A stretch of DNA of 64,000 nucleotides, taken from a bacterium (GTDB lineage Bacteria > Zhuqueibacterota > Zhuqueibacteria > Residuimicrobiales > Krinioviventaceae). The stretch is from the NCBI GenBank assembly GCA_963693055.1, contig OY843751.1:3136001-3200000 (forward strand), written 5' to 3'. Below, one piece after another: positions 1 through 8,280 of the stretch (positions within the stretch are counted from its first letter, which is position 1; each line of letters starts with the position of its first letter). The notes below the pieces were generated by a model that was not told the origin of the DNA, did no database searches, and was given only the letters and a program-made list of their open reading frames with translations. Made by a program: the position numbers and the translations under genes.

Positions 1-1
1 C

Positions 2-295
2 ATTACCATTTCAGCGATGGCAGCAATGCAACAAAAACCCAATCGTGCTGCTTATGCCATTTCCAAATCTGGGCTATTGACTCTCACCAAAGCACTAGCT
101 ATAGAGTACAAGGATGATAATATTCAGGTCAATTCAATTACCCCTGGTATTATTAAAACTGAATCGAATATAGATGCAATGCCTGATGCTAATCACTCGG
201 ATTGGATACCAACACAAAAAATTGCCCAAACTATACACTATTTATGTTCTGAAATAGGAGATTCTATTACCGGTACAGTAATAGAAATGCCTTAA
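2..295 (+). CDS. SDR family oxidoreductase, C-terminal part (truncated by window edge)
   Basis: YxxSK catalytic motif (AYAISK) and 'IQVNSITPGIIKT'; frame is open from position 2. Confidence 0.85.
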   Translation: MTISAMAAMQQKPNRAAYAISKSGLLTLTKALAIEYKDDNIQVNSITPGIIKTESNIDAMPDANHSDWIPTQKIAQTIHYLCSEIGDSITGTVIEMP

Positions 296-299
296 TCAT

Positions 300-812
300 C
301 TATCTATTTATTTCTTTATATTCTTTTTCCGTCTTGAACAATTTAAATCCCCTTGCAATATAGTTTTCAAGAGCAGCTGGATGATCAAGATTACAGGTAT
401 GTAACCAAACACGTTTAGCGCCAGCATTCCAGGCACCTTGAATAGCCTGTGACAAGAAAATCCCCCCCAGTCCTTTACCTATAAACTGCTTTAACAATCC
501 AAAATAAACAATTTCAACATCTCCCCCATTTTGAAATTCCAGCTCAAAATAGCCTGCAGGTGTATTTTTATAATACCCAATCCAGGTTTCCAGTCCCTTG
601 CGTGTACCATATTGATGCCATTGTTCATTTGTCCATTCAAGCTTGTCTATCCAATCCCAATGGCTGCCAACAGCAATATAAAACATTTTATTTATTTCAG
701 GACATTCAACATCAATTTTTTTAGACCAAAAATCAGGATCAATTTGAGCTGAAGGAGAATATTCAATTTTATCTTTCATTTCAAGATAATAAACAGTCAT
801 TTCAACATTCAT
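300..812 (-). CDS. GNAT family N-acetyltransferase
   Basis: Acetyl-CoA motif 'FIGKGLGG' and 'RVWLHTCNLDHPAALENYIARGF'; start trimmed to ATG 812, directly after the upstream stop at 814. Confidence 0.85.
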   Translation of the reverse strand: MNVEMTVYYLEMKDKIEYSPSAQIDPDFWSKKIDVECPEINKMFYIAVGSHWDWIDKLEWTNEQWHQYGTRKGLETWIGYYKNTPAGYFELEFQNGGDVEIVYFGLLKQFIGKGLGGIFLSQAIQGAWNAGAKRVWLHTCNLDHPAALENYIARGFKLFKTEKEYKEINR

Positions 813-813
813 A

Positions 814-1620
814 TTAATCTTCCCAGTTGAAATAAACAGCAGTACCACGATCCATCTGTTGAAAAGACAATTCAAAACGATTACCGGTTCTGGGGGTCCA
901 CACATAAGACCAGTTGTCACAGATACCGGCCTGACAAATGGGTTGATTATCGTTCAAGATTTCAAGGCCAAAATAGAGTACATCCCCTTTATATTTTGAT
1001 ATATCGCAAACTGTATTAAAAACCGGTTTACCAAATTTCCATTCAATGACAGTAAAATCCAGTTCAATGTCCTCATCATCAAATAATCCTGACACAAGCG
1101 CACCATCAAGCTGTTCGAGCACATTCTTGTCAATAACATCATCTTTAAGAATCTTTGAATCAATACATCCCCCTCGCAAGATTGCATGATCAGGAAAGAC
1201 TTTTGAGGGTTTAAATTGCAACTTTTCCAGGCTCAAGATATCTTCATCATACAACATTTGTCCAAATAATTCTTGCACCAATACAGCAACCGGTTCAGGA
1301 GGAACAAAACTTTGAATATCAGAATGTATCACCGTAACATTGTCATATTTTTCAAGGCGTTTTTTAGCAATCTGATACATTTTTATATTTGTTTCTACAG
1401 CGTAAACTTGCTTTGCACCCAACTTTGACATATGCTCAGAAAGGATACCAAATCCACAGCCAGCCTCAACACAAACAGCATTTTCAATATATGCTTTATT
1501 TTGGGTCAACATTTCTAAATAAGCATTTGTACGATTTTCATCATCGTAAATACTTATAAATGCCAATAGATCATCAATTTTATTAAAACGATTTTCATCC
1601 AACTCGTTAATAATATCCAT
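814..1620 (-). CDS. SAM-dependent methyltransferase, protein-arginine methyltransferase (PRMT)-like
   Basis: 'DENRTNAY', motif I 'VEAGCGFGILS', post-I 'VYAVE', E-x8-E loop 'ELFGQMLYDE'. Confidence 0.75.
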   Translation of the reverse strand: MDIINELDENRFNKIDDLLAFISIYDDENRTNAYLEMLTQNKAYIENAVCVEAGCGFGILSEHMSKLGAKQVYAVETNIKMYQIAKKRLEKYDNVTVIHSDIQSFVPPEPVAVLVQELFGQMLYDEDILSLEKLQFKPSKVFPDHAILRGGCIDSKILKDDVIDKNVLEQLDGALVSGLFDDEDIELDFTVIEWKFGKPVFNTVCDISKYKGDVLYFGLEILNDNQPICQAGICDNWSYVWTPRTGNRFELSFQQMDRGTAVYFNWED

Positions 1621-1626
1621 AAATTA

Positions 1627-4389
1627 CTAGTTACCTTTATTTTTTGATGGAGTAAAAGTTTTACGTATTTCTAACTTTTTCTTTTTGACCGTAAAATCCA
1701 CTTTTTTCATTTTCTGGTCCATTGTTAATACAAATTCATGAAAAGGTTCATCCACAAATGTTCTCAAAGGTAACCATTTTTTATCAATTTTTACACGATA
1801 AAATCCAGGTACCAGGTCAGTAAATTTATAATATCCATTCGCATTCGTGAAAATTTCACGTAATAGTCCCATTTCATTTTCCAACATCACTCGAATTTGA
1901 TTTAACGGATCATCTTTGCCATTAAATTTGTGATTGTTATCCAAATCCAGAAAAACATTTCCCTCAATCAAACAAACCGATGTTAGAGGAATTTGTAAAT
2001 GAATTACAGAACCACGATTTATTGAAATAATTTTTTCATACTCTCCTTGAATTTGTAAATAAGCAGGCAAAGTTGAAACATCAATTTTGAATTCGTAATC
2101 ACCGGCATCAACCGGACTAAATTCAAACTCTCCATTTGAACTGGATATAACAGTTTCATCATTAAAATGCAATAAAAGCTGAGACAATCCAGGTTCGTCA
2201 GGCTCTCGAATTCCATTCTGATTTTTATCAATATAAATTTCACCCTGTAGGGTACCTTTGGTTTTAATAAATGGCACAGGTACATTGAATCTTGGCAATA
2301 TGGTTGATGTCATGGTAGCTGACAAACGCCACTCTCTTGTCAGCATGTCGAGTTCAGAAATAGAGTTACTTAACTCAAATCTTAGATTATAATTATTATT
2401 AAATGGATGTAATTGTAATCCTGTTCTTACACTTCCATAAGTAAGTTTGACTTTACTAAAAATCCCTTCATCATCTAAATACCCTAAATAGCCGGTAGTT
2501 AGTGAAAAACCAAATAAAAATCCTTTTATATTTGTATCAAAATCCAAAATATATTGATCTGTATTTTCATATTTTTTTTGTAAAGTAGATCTATATTCAA
2601 ATTTAAATCTGGACAGGTAATAAAACATATTCAAACCGGCAGAGTATCTTTGGGTATTCGAATACACAAGGGAATTCAACCTGTCTTCAAGACTCCTAAA
2701 ACCTAAAAAAGGAATAAATACGCCAATTTTTCTTTGTAATGCTATTTCAAAAGATTTCAAATCCGTATATTGCAGTTGCTCGGTTTTAACATCTTTGAAA
2801 TTAAAACTTGAACTTGTATCAAAAAGGTAGGGTATACGGAGAAATGTTCGTAATTTTATATCGGTAACATTTTCCAGAGAATCCGGGTATATTGAATTTA
2901 AATCTTTATTATAACGATGAATACTATTCCAGATATAAAACCTGCTGACAGGAGCATATCGGGATGTCAGTAAAGCACCATATGTGCCCCGGTCAGTTCC
3001 CTGAAAAGTATCGTCAGCCCAATGTAATGCTCCCGTTAGATAATACTTTTTATGATTTGTTTTAAATTGTACTTGAGCGGCTCCGCTGGTTGGCTTGTTT
3101 TCAGCTCTGCTTAACCCTGTATAGATGCTGATATTATGAGCACTGTTTCCCAGGATTGACGATGAAGTTATAAATGAAGCAGTATCTGCTTTAAAATATT
3201 CAGTTGATAATGAAATTTCATTTTTTTTAAATTTCAAACTAGAATAAAAAAATCTATCATCTTTGTATAATTTTTTCCCCTTGAACAAAATCACAGAATA
3301 GTCGTCTAATTTTAAATTCAAAAATCCTCCCCTGCTCAACTGTCCAAAAGTAAACAGATTACTGTATTGAGTAATGCTCAAGTCTGCAAGTAATGGATTT
3401 AATAATAAACTGGAATCTCCTAACCGAATTGTGCTATATTTGTTTTGTAAACCTAATTTATATCTATGCATATAGAATTCGGGTGTATCATTTGTTCTGG
3501 TTAGATTAGATTTTAAGGTAGATTCAAATAGAATTTGAGAGCGTCCCATCTTGATATTACCCGTTTCCAAATATATTTCAGTGTCAGGATAATATCCTTT
3601 TTGAATTCGGTTAAAAGAAAATCCCATATTTACTGGTAAATAAATTCCCAAAGATCGGTCCAATGCTTTTGGCGCCTGAATTAATTTAACAGGAATAGTT
3701 TGTATGATCCGTTCAGTATTCCAATTTGTACCGGTTTCTATTCGAATAGTGTATTGGTTTTGCAATTGTACATCAATGGGCGTCTCAAAATAAAGTTTAA
3801 TATGTTTTTGGGTAAATGGTTTCAAGATAAAACTTTTCTCAAGTTGAGGATTAAAATTCCAATGAGGAGGTAAAACAACATTGCAATTAACCGTATCTAA
3901 TACGTTACCGGTATTTTTAATGATAAAGGAAAGCGAATCTTTTGCTGCAGGAAACACAGATTTCCTTTTTTCAAGAAAACCAACTTTGATATTTCGTTTT
4001 GGCTTGATTGCGATTTGGGTTGCAGATGAATCGGTAAATCCATCAAATGAGGTAAATAATTTCAAATAATACTTTATATTTGCTTTAGTAGAATTTGGTA
4101 TATTGAGTGTTACCCTAACTCTTGCTTTAGACAGTGAAGGAATACTGTCAGGTGTTGAAAAAGTTATCAAATTCCATTCATCAGGTTTGATTATTTGAAA
4201 TTCAGGATATATTGTTTTTTCGGATGTATTGGTTATTATATAAGAAAAAAGTGGAAATTCACCGGGATTCACAGAGCGAGATTCGGAATGTCTGACGATC
4301 AATGACCTTGATGGATCTACAGAAACCGCAAAAGCATTAACTCCCAATAATACTAAAATTAACACAATAAACTGGTGTGAAATCTTCAT
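1627..4389 (-). CDS. Large exported usher-like outer-membrane protein (N-terminal Ig/NEW3-like repeats, central beta-barrel, two C-terminal SdrD-B-like domains)
   Basis: Signal peptide; two repeats with 'I.NT' and 'P..W' motifs; amphipathic aromatic-rich strands; 'GEIYIDKNQNGIREPDEPGL' and 'GNVFLDLDNNHKFNGKDDPL' SdrD-B Ca loops. Confidence 0.6.
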   Translation of the reverse strand: MKISHQFIVLILVLLGVNAFAVSVDPSRSLIVRHSESRSVNPGEFPLFSYIITNTSEKTIYPEFQIIKPDEWNLITFSTPDSIPSLSKARVRVTLNIPNSTKANIKYYLKLFTSFDGFTDSSATQIAIKPKRNIKVGFLEKRKSVFPAAKDSLSFIIKNTGNVLDTVNCNVVLPPHWNFNPQLEKSFILKPFTQKHIKLYFETPIDVQLQNQYTIRIETGTNWNTERIIQTIPVKLIQAPKALDRSLGIYLPVNMGFSFNRIQKGYYPDTEIYLETGNIKMGRSQILFESTLKSNLTRTNDTPEFYMHRYKLGLQNKYSTIRLGDSSLLLNPLLADLSITQYSNLFTFGQLSRGGFLNLKLDDYSVILFKGKKLYKDDRFFYSSLKFKKNEISLSTEYFKADTASFITSSSILGNSAHNISIYTGLSRAENKPTSGAAQVQFKTNHKKYYLTGALHWADDTFQGTDRGTYGALLTSRYAPVSRFYIWNSIHRYNKDLNSIYPDSLENVTDIKLRTFLRIPYLFDTSSSFNFKDVKTEQLQYTDLKSFEIALQRKIGVFIPFLGFRSLEDRLNSLVYSNTQRYSAGLNMFYYLSRFKFEYRSTLQKKYENTDQYILDFDTNIKGFLFGFSLTTGYLGYLDDEGIFSKVKLTYGSVRTGLQLHPFNNNYNLRFELSNSISELDMLTREWRLSATMTSTILPRFNVPVPFIKTKGTLQGEIYIDKNQNGIREPDEPGLSQLLLHFNDETVISSSNGEFEFSPVDAGDYEFKIDVSTLPAYLQIQGEYEKIISINRGSVIHLQIPLTSVCLIEGNVFLDLDNNHKFNGKDDPLNQIRVMLENEMGLLREIFTNANGYYKFTDLVPGFYRVKIDKKWLPLRTFVDEPFHEFVLTMDQKMKKVDFTVKKKKLEIRKTFTPSKNKGN

Positions 4390-4406
4390 AAAAATCAGCT
4401 CAGAAT

Positions 4407-4853
4407 TTACTGTTTTCGACTTTTTACTTCAATAACCAGATTCGTGCTGTATACAGAAGGTTTTGTATTCCAATCTACTAAAATTCGGAAATCAATTTTC
4501 ACTTTTTCATTTCCTATACCAGATTTTACTAAATTCTTTTGCAATTCAACAGCATGATAATCCTGACTTTGTGATAATTTCCATAACAAATCCTGATGTG
4601 GTTTTTCCAGTTCGACAGGATAAAACCAAGGTTGCTCAGTATATATATATAATTCCCAATAGGTTTCTTTTAAACTATTAATATTTACCAGAAAATCATC
4701 AACATTGGCATGTGTTTCAACATACCCCCTATCCAAATCAACAATTGTAGGAACAGGGATTTGTAAGGTTAAAAGGTTACATTGGATAATACCATCGAAC
4801 CCCCAAAGTACCAAAGGATAAAATAAAAGATAAATTATAAAAATCTTTTTCAT
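4407..4853 (-). CDS. Secreted minor pilin-like subunit
   Basis: Signal peptide; beta-rich; shares DxxRGY, WxLxIY and D(F/Y)R motifs with neighbour; C-terminal 'PSVYSTNLVIEV' strand. Confidence 0.55.
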   Translation of the reverse strand: MKKIFIIYLLFYPLVLWGFDGIIQCNLLTLQIPVPTIVDLDRGYVETHANVDDFLVNINSLKETYWELYIYTEQPWFYPVELEKPHQDLLWKLSQSQDYHAVELQKNLVKSGIGNEKVKIDFRILVDWNTKPSVYSTNLVIEVKSRKQ

Positions 4854-4861
4854 ATACAAAG

Positions 4862-5341
4862 CTAATTTAAAGGTTCAAGTCTTATTACAGGATCAAAAAT
4901 CCAATTACCGGCAGGTGTTGAGTTGACATCGATTTTCATTCGATAATCTAACATTATCTCCATATCATGCACACCTGCTTTTCCTGTATAGATAACCTGG
5001 GGTACCTGAGACATGCTGAAAAAATTATGATTGTTTGCACAAACACTAAAATCGGAAATGGGTTTAAAAATACCCTGGGTAGTGTATAGATTGGAACGTG
5101 TAGAATAGATGACCAATTGCCACTCAACATTACTGGAAATACGTATTGTTACAGCATCGGTGATCTCGTAATACCCTCTTTCATAATCAGAGAATGTCAT
5201 GTTAGGGAAACTTTTGGTATGTATTATTTGAAAATTTTGAAGCGGCGGAACATTAAAATATAGTGTAATATCTTCTGATTTTTGAGAGAATATTGAAGAG
5301 GTTAATAGCAAAAATAAAAAAGTTTTAAATCTACGGGACAT
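4862..5341 (-). CDS. Secreted minor pilin-like subunit
   Basis: Signal peptide from ATG 5341, overlapping the chaperone stop; 'ISSNVEWQLVI' and C-terminal 'DYRMKID..TPAGNWIFDPVIRL'. Confidence 0.55.
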   Translation of the reverse strand: MSRRFKTFLFLLLTSSIFSQKSEDITLYFNVPPLQNFQIIHTKSFPNMTFSDYERGYYEITDAVTIRISSNVEWQLVIYSTRSNLYTTQGIFKPISDFSVCANNHNFFSMSQVPQVIYTGKAGVHDMEIMLDYRMKIDVNSTPAGNWIFDPVIRLEPLN

Positions 5342-6131
5342 TAAAAAACGCCTCACCAGCAACAAGAAAATCACCTAAAAAATCTACTACAACAAGAGCT
5401 GAATAATCGCCTTTATCAAGATCAATAATATTATCAAATTTAATAGTTTTGTATTTATTTGGCAAACAATTAAAATTTTTATTTTCAATTGTTTTTACGG
5501 TTTCGCCCAACTCATTTCGAATATCCACATAACTATTACATTTTAAACGAGTATTGCCAATATTTTTAAACACAGATTTAACTTTTAATGAATCATTCAT
5601 CGAATTATATTCAGCGGTAACATTTGCAATTTCTCCATTGTTTTCTGAATTTTGGTCAATAGTTACATAAAACCAAATGTATGACCGAATATTCATATAT
5701 ATGGTATAAGAAGACTGCTCATTTTGGGTTTGAAAACCAATCTGTGGTTCTTCATCTGGTTCAACAACAATAACTCCATAATATGTACCAGACAAATTAG
5801 AATCAGGTATTGCCAGAGTAAATCGAACATTCTGAGATTGCATAGGGGTAACAGAAAAATTTTCTGGACTTAAAAAAATCCATTCCATGCAGCTTCTCTC
5901 AGTTTCACCAACATCGGTTATTTCTATCTGATCATCCTCTACAACCAAATCACTCAGAAAAACACGATATTTCATTGTAGAATCTGCCTGATTAAGCAAA
6001 GAAAATGATTGATTTATTGAATCACCAGGTGAAACATGAAAATCAAACGACATGGGAGCTATTTGCCAACTTTCTTGCGCAAAACAAACACTTGTGGTAA
6101 AAAATAATAAAAGAATAATTACTTTACGCAT
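5331..6131 (-). CDS. Periplasmic two-Ig-domain pilus chaperone-like protein (PapD/DUF916-like)
   Basis: Signal peptide; 'IAPMSFDFHVSPG', 'WIFLSPENFSVTPMQSQNVRFTLAIP', 'GTYYGVIVVE', 'FKNIGNTRL', 'GDYSALVVVDF'. Confidence 0.7.
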   Translation of the reverse strand: MRKVIILLLFFTTSVCFAQESWQIAPMSFDFHVSPGDSINQSFSLLNQADSTMKYRVFLSDLVVEDDQIEITDVGETERSCMEWIFLSPENFSVTPMQSQNVRFTLAIPDSNLSGTYYGVIVVEPDEEPQIGFQTQNEQSSYTIYMNIRSYIWFYVTIDQNSENNGEIANVTAEYNSMNDSLKVKSVFKNIGNTRLKCNSYVDIRNELGETVKTIENKNFNCLPNKYKTIKFDNIIDLDKGDYSALVVVDFLGDFLVAGEAFFNVP

Positions 6132-6166
6132 TTTTAAAATCGCCTAAATAATATTGAATATATATG

Positions 6167-6196
6167 AAAAAGCAGTTCCGCAAGCGGAACTGCTTT
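6167..6196 (-). terminator. Intrinsic terminator/attenuator after the major pilin-like gene
   Basis: GCAGTTCCGC-TT-GCGGAACTGC hairpin followed by TTTTT on the minus strand. Confidence 0.8.
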
Positions 6197-6222
6197 AAAT
6201 TTAAAATTGTAAAATATAAAAA

Positions 6223-6819
6223 TTAAGGAGCTTCGGTTGCTTCCCATACATTTAATGTAACCGTAACAGAGTAAGCACCTGCTACATCAACACCAGCTTC
6301 TAAATCAAATTGAATATCGCCGGCAAAATCATTTACCCATACACCCTGAGCATCACTTGAAGTTACACAAGCCTGACCACTTGATCCTAATTCAGTCATA
6401 GTCCCCATAGAATTAGACAAATCACCAAATGTAGTACCAGGATCAATTTGAAGTCTTAAACCAGATGCATTAGGACCATAATTGTCAGGATGTTTGTTTC
6501 CTGTATTTGGATAAGCAGCGGGTACTGTCCAAGCTGAACATAGTGCTTGTACTTCAGTATCATAGTTTGTAGTCAAATTACTAACAGTAAAATAATCAGC
6601 AATTGTATAATTAGCAGGTGAGCCAGGTGCACCAAAATCTCCCAGAGTAATGCTATTCCACTCGGCTACCCATGCAATGGGTGTCATAAATGAAACTGTA
6701 AAAGTTGTTAATCTTCCAATTGTTCCAGAACCGCCACCTGAAGATCCAGTACCTTCTTGACCAAATGACAATACTGCCATAGTTAAAATTAATAATAGAA
6801 CAAGTAGTGTTTTTTTCAT
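6223..6819 (-). CDS. Secreted major pilin-like subunit (WxL/SCPU-like single beta-sandwich)
   Basis: Signal peptide, strong AGGAG RBS, Gly/Ser linker then alternating strand 'TTFTVSFMTP', two Cys, C-terminal 'AGAYSVTVTLNV'. Confidence 0.6.
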   Translation of the reverse strand: MKKTLLVLLLILTMAVLSFGQEGTGSSGGGSGTIGRLTTFTVSFMTPIAWVAEWNSITLGDFGAPGSPANYTIADYFTVSNLTTNYDTEVQALCSAWTVPAAYPNTGNKHPDNYGPNASGLRLQIDPGTTFGDLSNSMGTMTELGSSGQACVTSSDAQGVWVNDFAGDIQFDLEAGVDVAGAYSVTVTLNVWEATEAP

Positions 6820-6904
6820 TAGAAAACTCCTTTTAAAAATGATTAGTTTGATTATTTACTTTTCACTCTACGTTTACATCACCTCCCAATCATCATCATT
6901 CAAA

Positions 6905-8014
6905 TTATTCAACTTTGGTCATTTTTTTAATCAAACTGGTACCATTTGCTTCAAGCTTGTAAAAATAGACACCGGAACTGATGCTGTTGGCATTATAATC
7001 AAGACCGTTCCAGTCAATACTATAATAACCTGCAGATTGGTTGGCATCTACCAAGGTAGCAATTTTCTTACCCAAAATATTAAATACTTGCAGGGATACA
7101 TGACTATCTATAGCCAATTCGTATCTTATTTTTGTACCTGGATTAAAGGGATTGGGGTAATTTTGCTGCAATACCATAGATGTAGGTGCTTTTGTGGTAA
7201 TCTGGGTACTGGCAATAACATTTGTTTCACCCTTTATTGTAACTTCCTGTACCTGATACCAATACGTTTTATCAATATCAATAAAAGTGTCAGTAAAAGA
7301 ATATTCTGCAGCAACAGTAGCGCTGCCTTTTGCAGGTAACAATGCAGATGTAATACATTGGTAATCACCATCAACAGCATCACTGCGGTAAATGTGGTAA
7401 CCCTGGGTTTCAATTTCAGATTCGGTACGCCAGTTGAGATCAACTTTGTCTTTATTATAATCTGCGGAAAAACTGGCCAATTGAACAGGTAAAGGAAAAT
7501 CTGTAAGAGAATTCACTGTTACAGTACCAGCGATATCAGTAACAAAATCACTACTCTCTATAACTTGTAATGGAGTTACTGCCTCTTTCGTAATCGTGCC
7601 CGTATTATCAGTTGGATTATAATTTATTGTTATCCTTGCAATCAATGTTGTTGCTCCACCAGAACCATCAATGGTAAGATATGGACTAGAGAATTTATCA
7701 TATGAAATCGATAATGTTTTTTCAGTACCACCAGAGGAAGTTAACGCTTGACTATAACCAGCAGCAACTGAAAAATATCTTGAAGAACCAACCGCACTAA
7801 TATATTGACTGGTTAGCGCTGCATTCATATGTAGTTTCAAATAAAATGCGGCAATCTCAGGTGTTTCTGCATTATCATCGGTAGTTGCATTGACATCAAA
7901 CACCAATTGACCTGAAGTATTACTGACAAAATCTACAGTAACATCAACAGCAGCCTGTAATGCGGAAAAACTAACAACCAGAATAACGAGAATTAATGGT
8001 AACAACCTTTTCAT
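6905..8014 (-). CDS. Secreted surface protein with T9SS type A/FlgD-Ig C-terminal sorting domain
   Basis: Signal peptide; 'PLPVQLASFSA', 'LNWRTESE', 'LQQNYPNPFNP', 'SSGVYFYKL...KKM'. Confidence 0.85.
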   Translation of the reverse strand: MKRLLPLILVILVVSFSALQAAVDVTVDFVSNTSGQLVFDVNATTDDNAETPEIAAFYLKLHMNAALTSQYISAVGSSRYFSVAAGYSQALTSSGGTEKTLSISYDKFSSPYLTIDGSGGATTLIARITINYNPTDNTGTITKEAVTPLQVIESSDFVTDIAGTVTVNSLTDFPLPVQLASFSADYNKDKVDLNWRTESEIETQGYHIYRSDAVDGDYQCITSALLPAKGSATVAAEYSFTDTFIDIDKTYWYQVQEVTIKGETNVIASTQITTKAPTSMVLQQNYPNPFNPGTKIRYELAIDSHVSLQVFNILGKKIATLVDANQSAGYYSIDWNGLDYNANSISSGVYFYKLEANGTSLIKKMTKVE

Positions 8015-8135
8015 ATAGTGCCCTCCTTAAAAAATTGTTTGTGATTTTTGGTACATTTAAAATTAATTTACACAATTAGGTATTAATATTATAAACCCCA
8101 TATTTCATTCAAAAATTCCATATTATTAATTAAAA

Positions 8136-8151
8136 AGCAATTACTATGCCA
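8136..8151 (-). promoter_or_regulatory. sigma54 (-24/-12) promoter
   Basis: Minus strand TGGCATAGTAATTGCT = TGGCA...TTGCW with exact GG-N10-GC spacing, about 120 nt upstream of the ATG at 8014. Confidence 0.75.
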
Positions 8152-8280
8152 CAACAATTTACGAAAATTGTCATAATATATATATAATACTCTATTAATT
8201 TTTTAGAAAAAAAACAAGTTGTTTTTTACAAAAAAATATCATCTACTAGAATAACAAGCATTGTTTTTAAAGGGATTAAA

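Noticed and set aside
6839-7339. 166-aa plus-strand ORF
   Set aside because: Antisense shadow of the well-supported CTD protein; no motifs.
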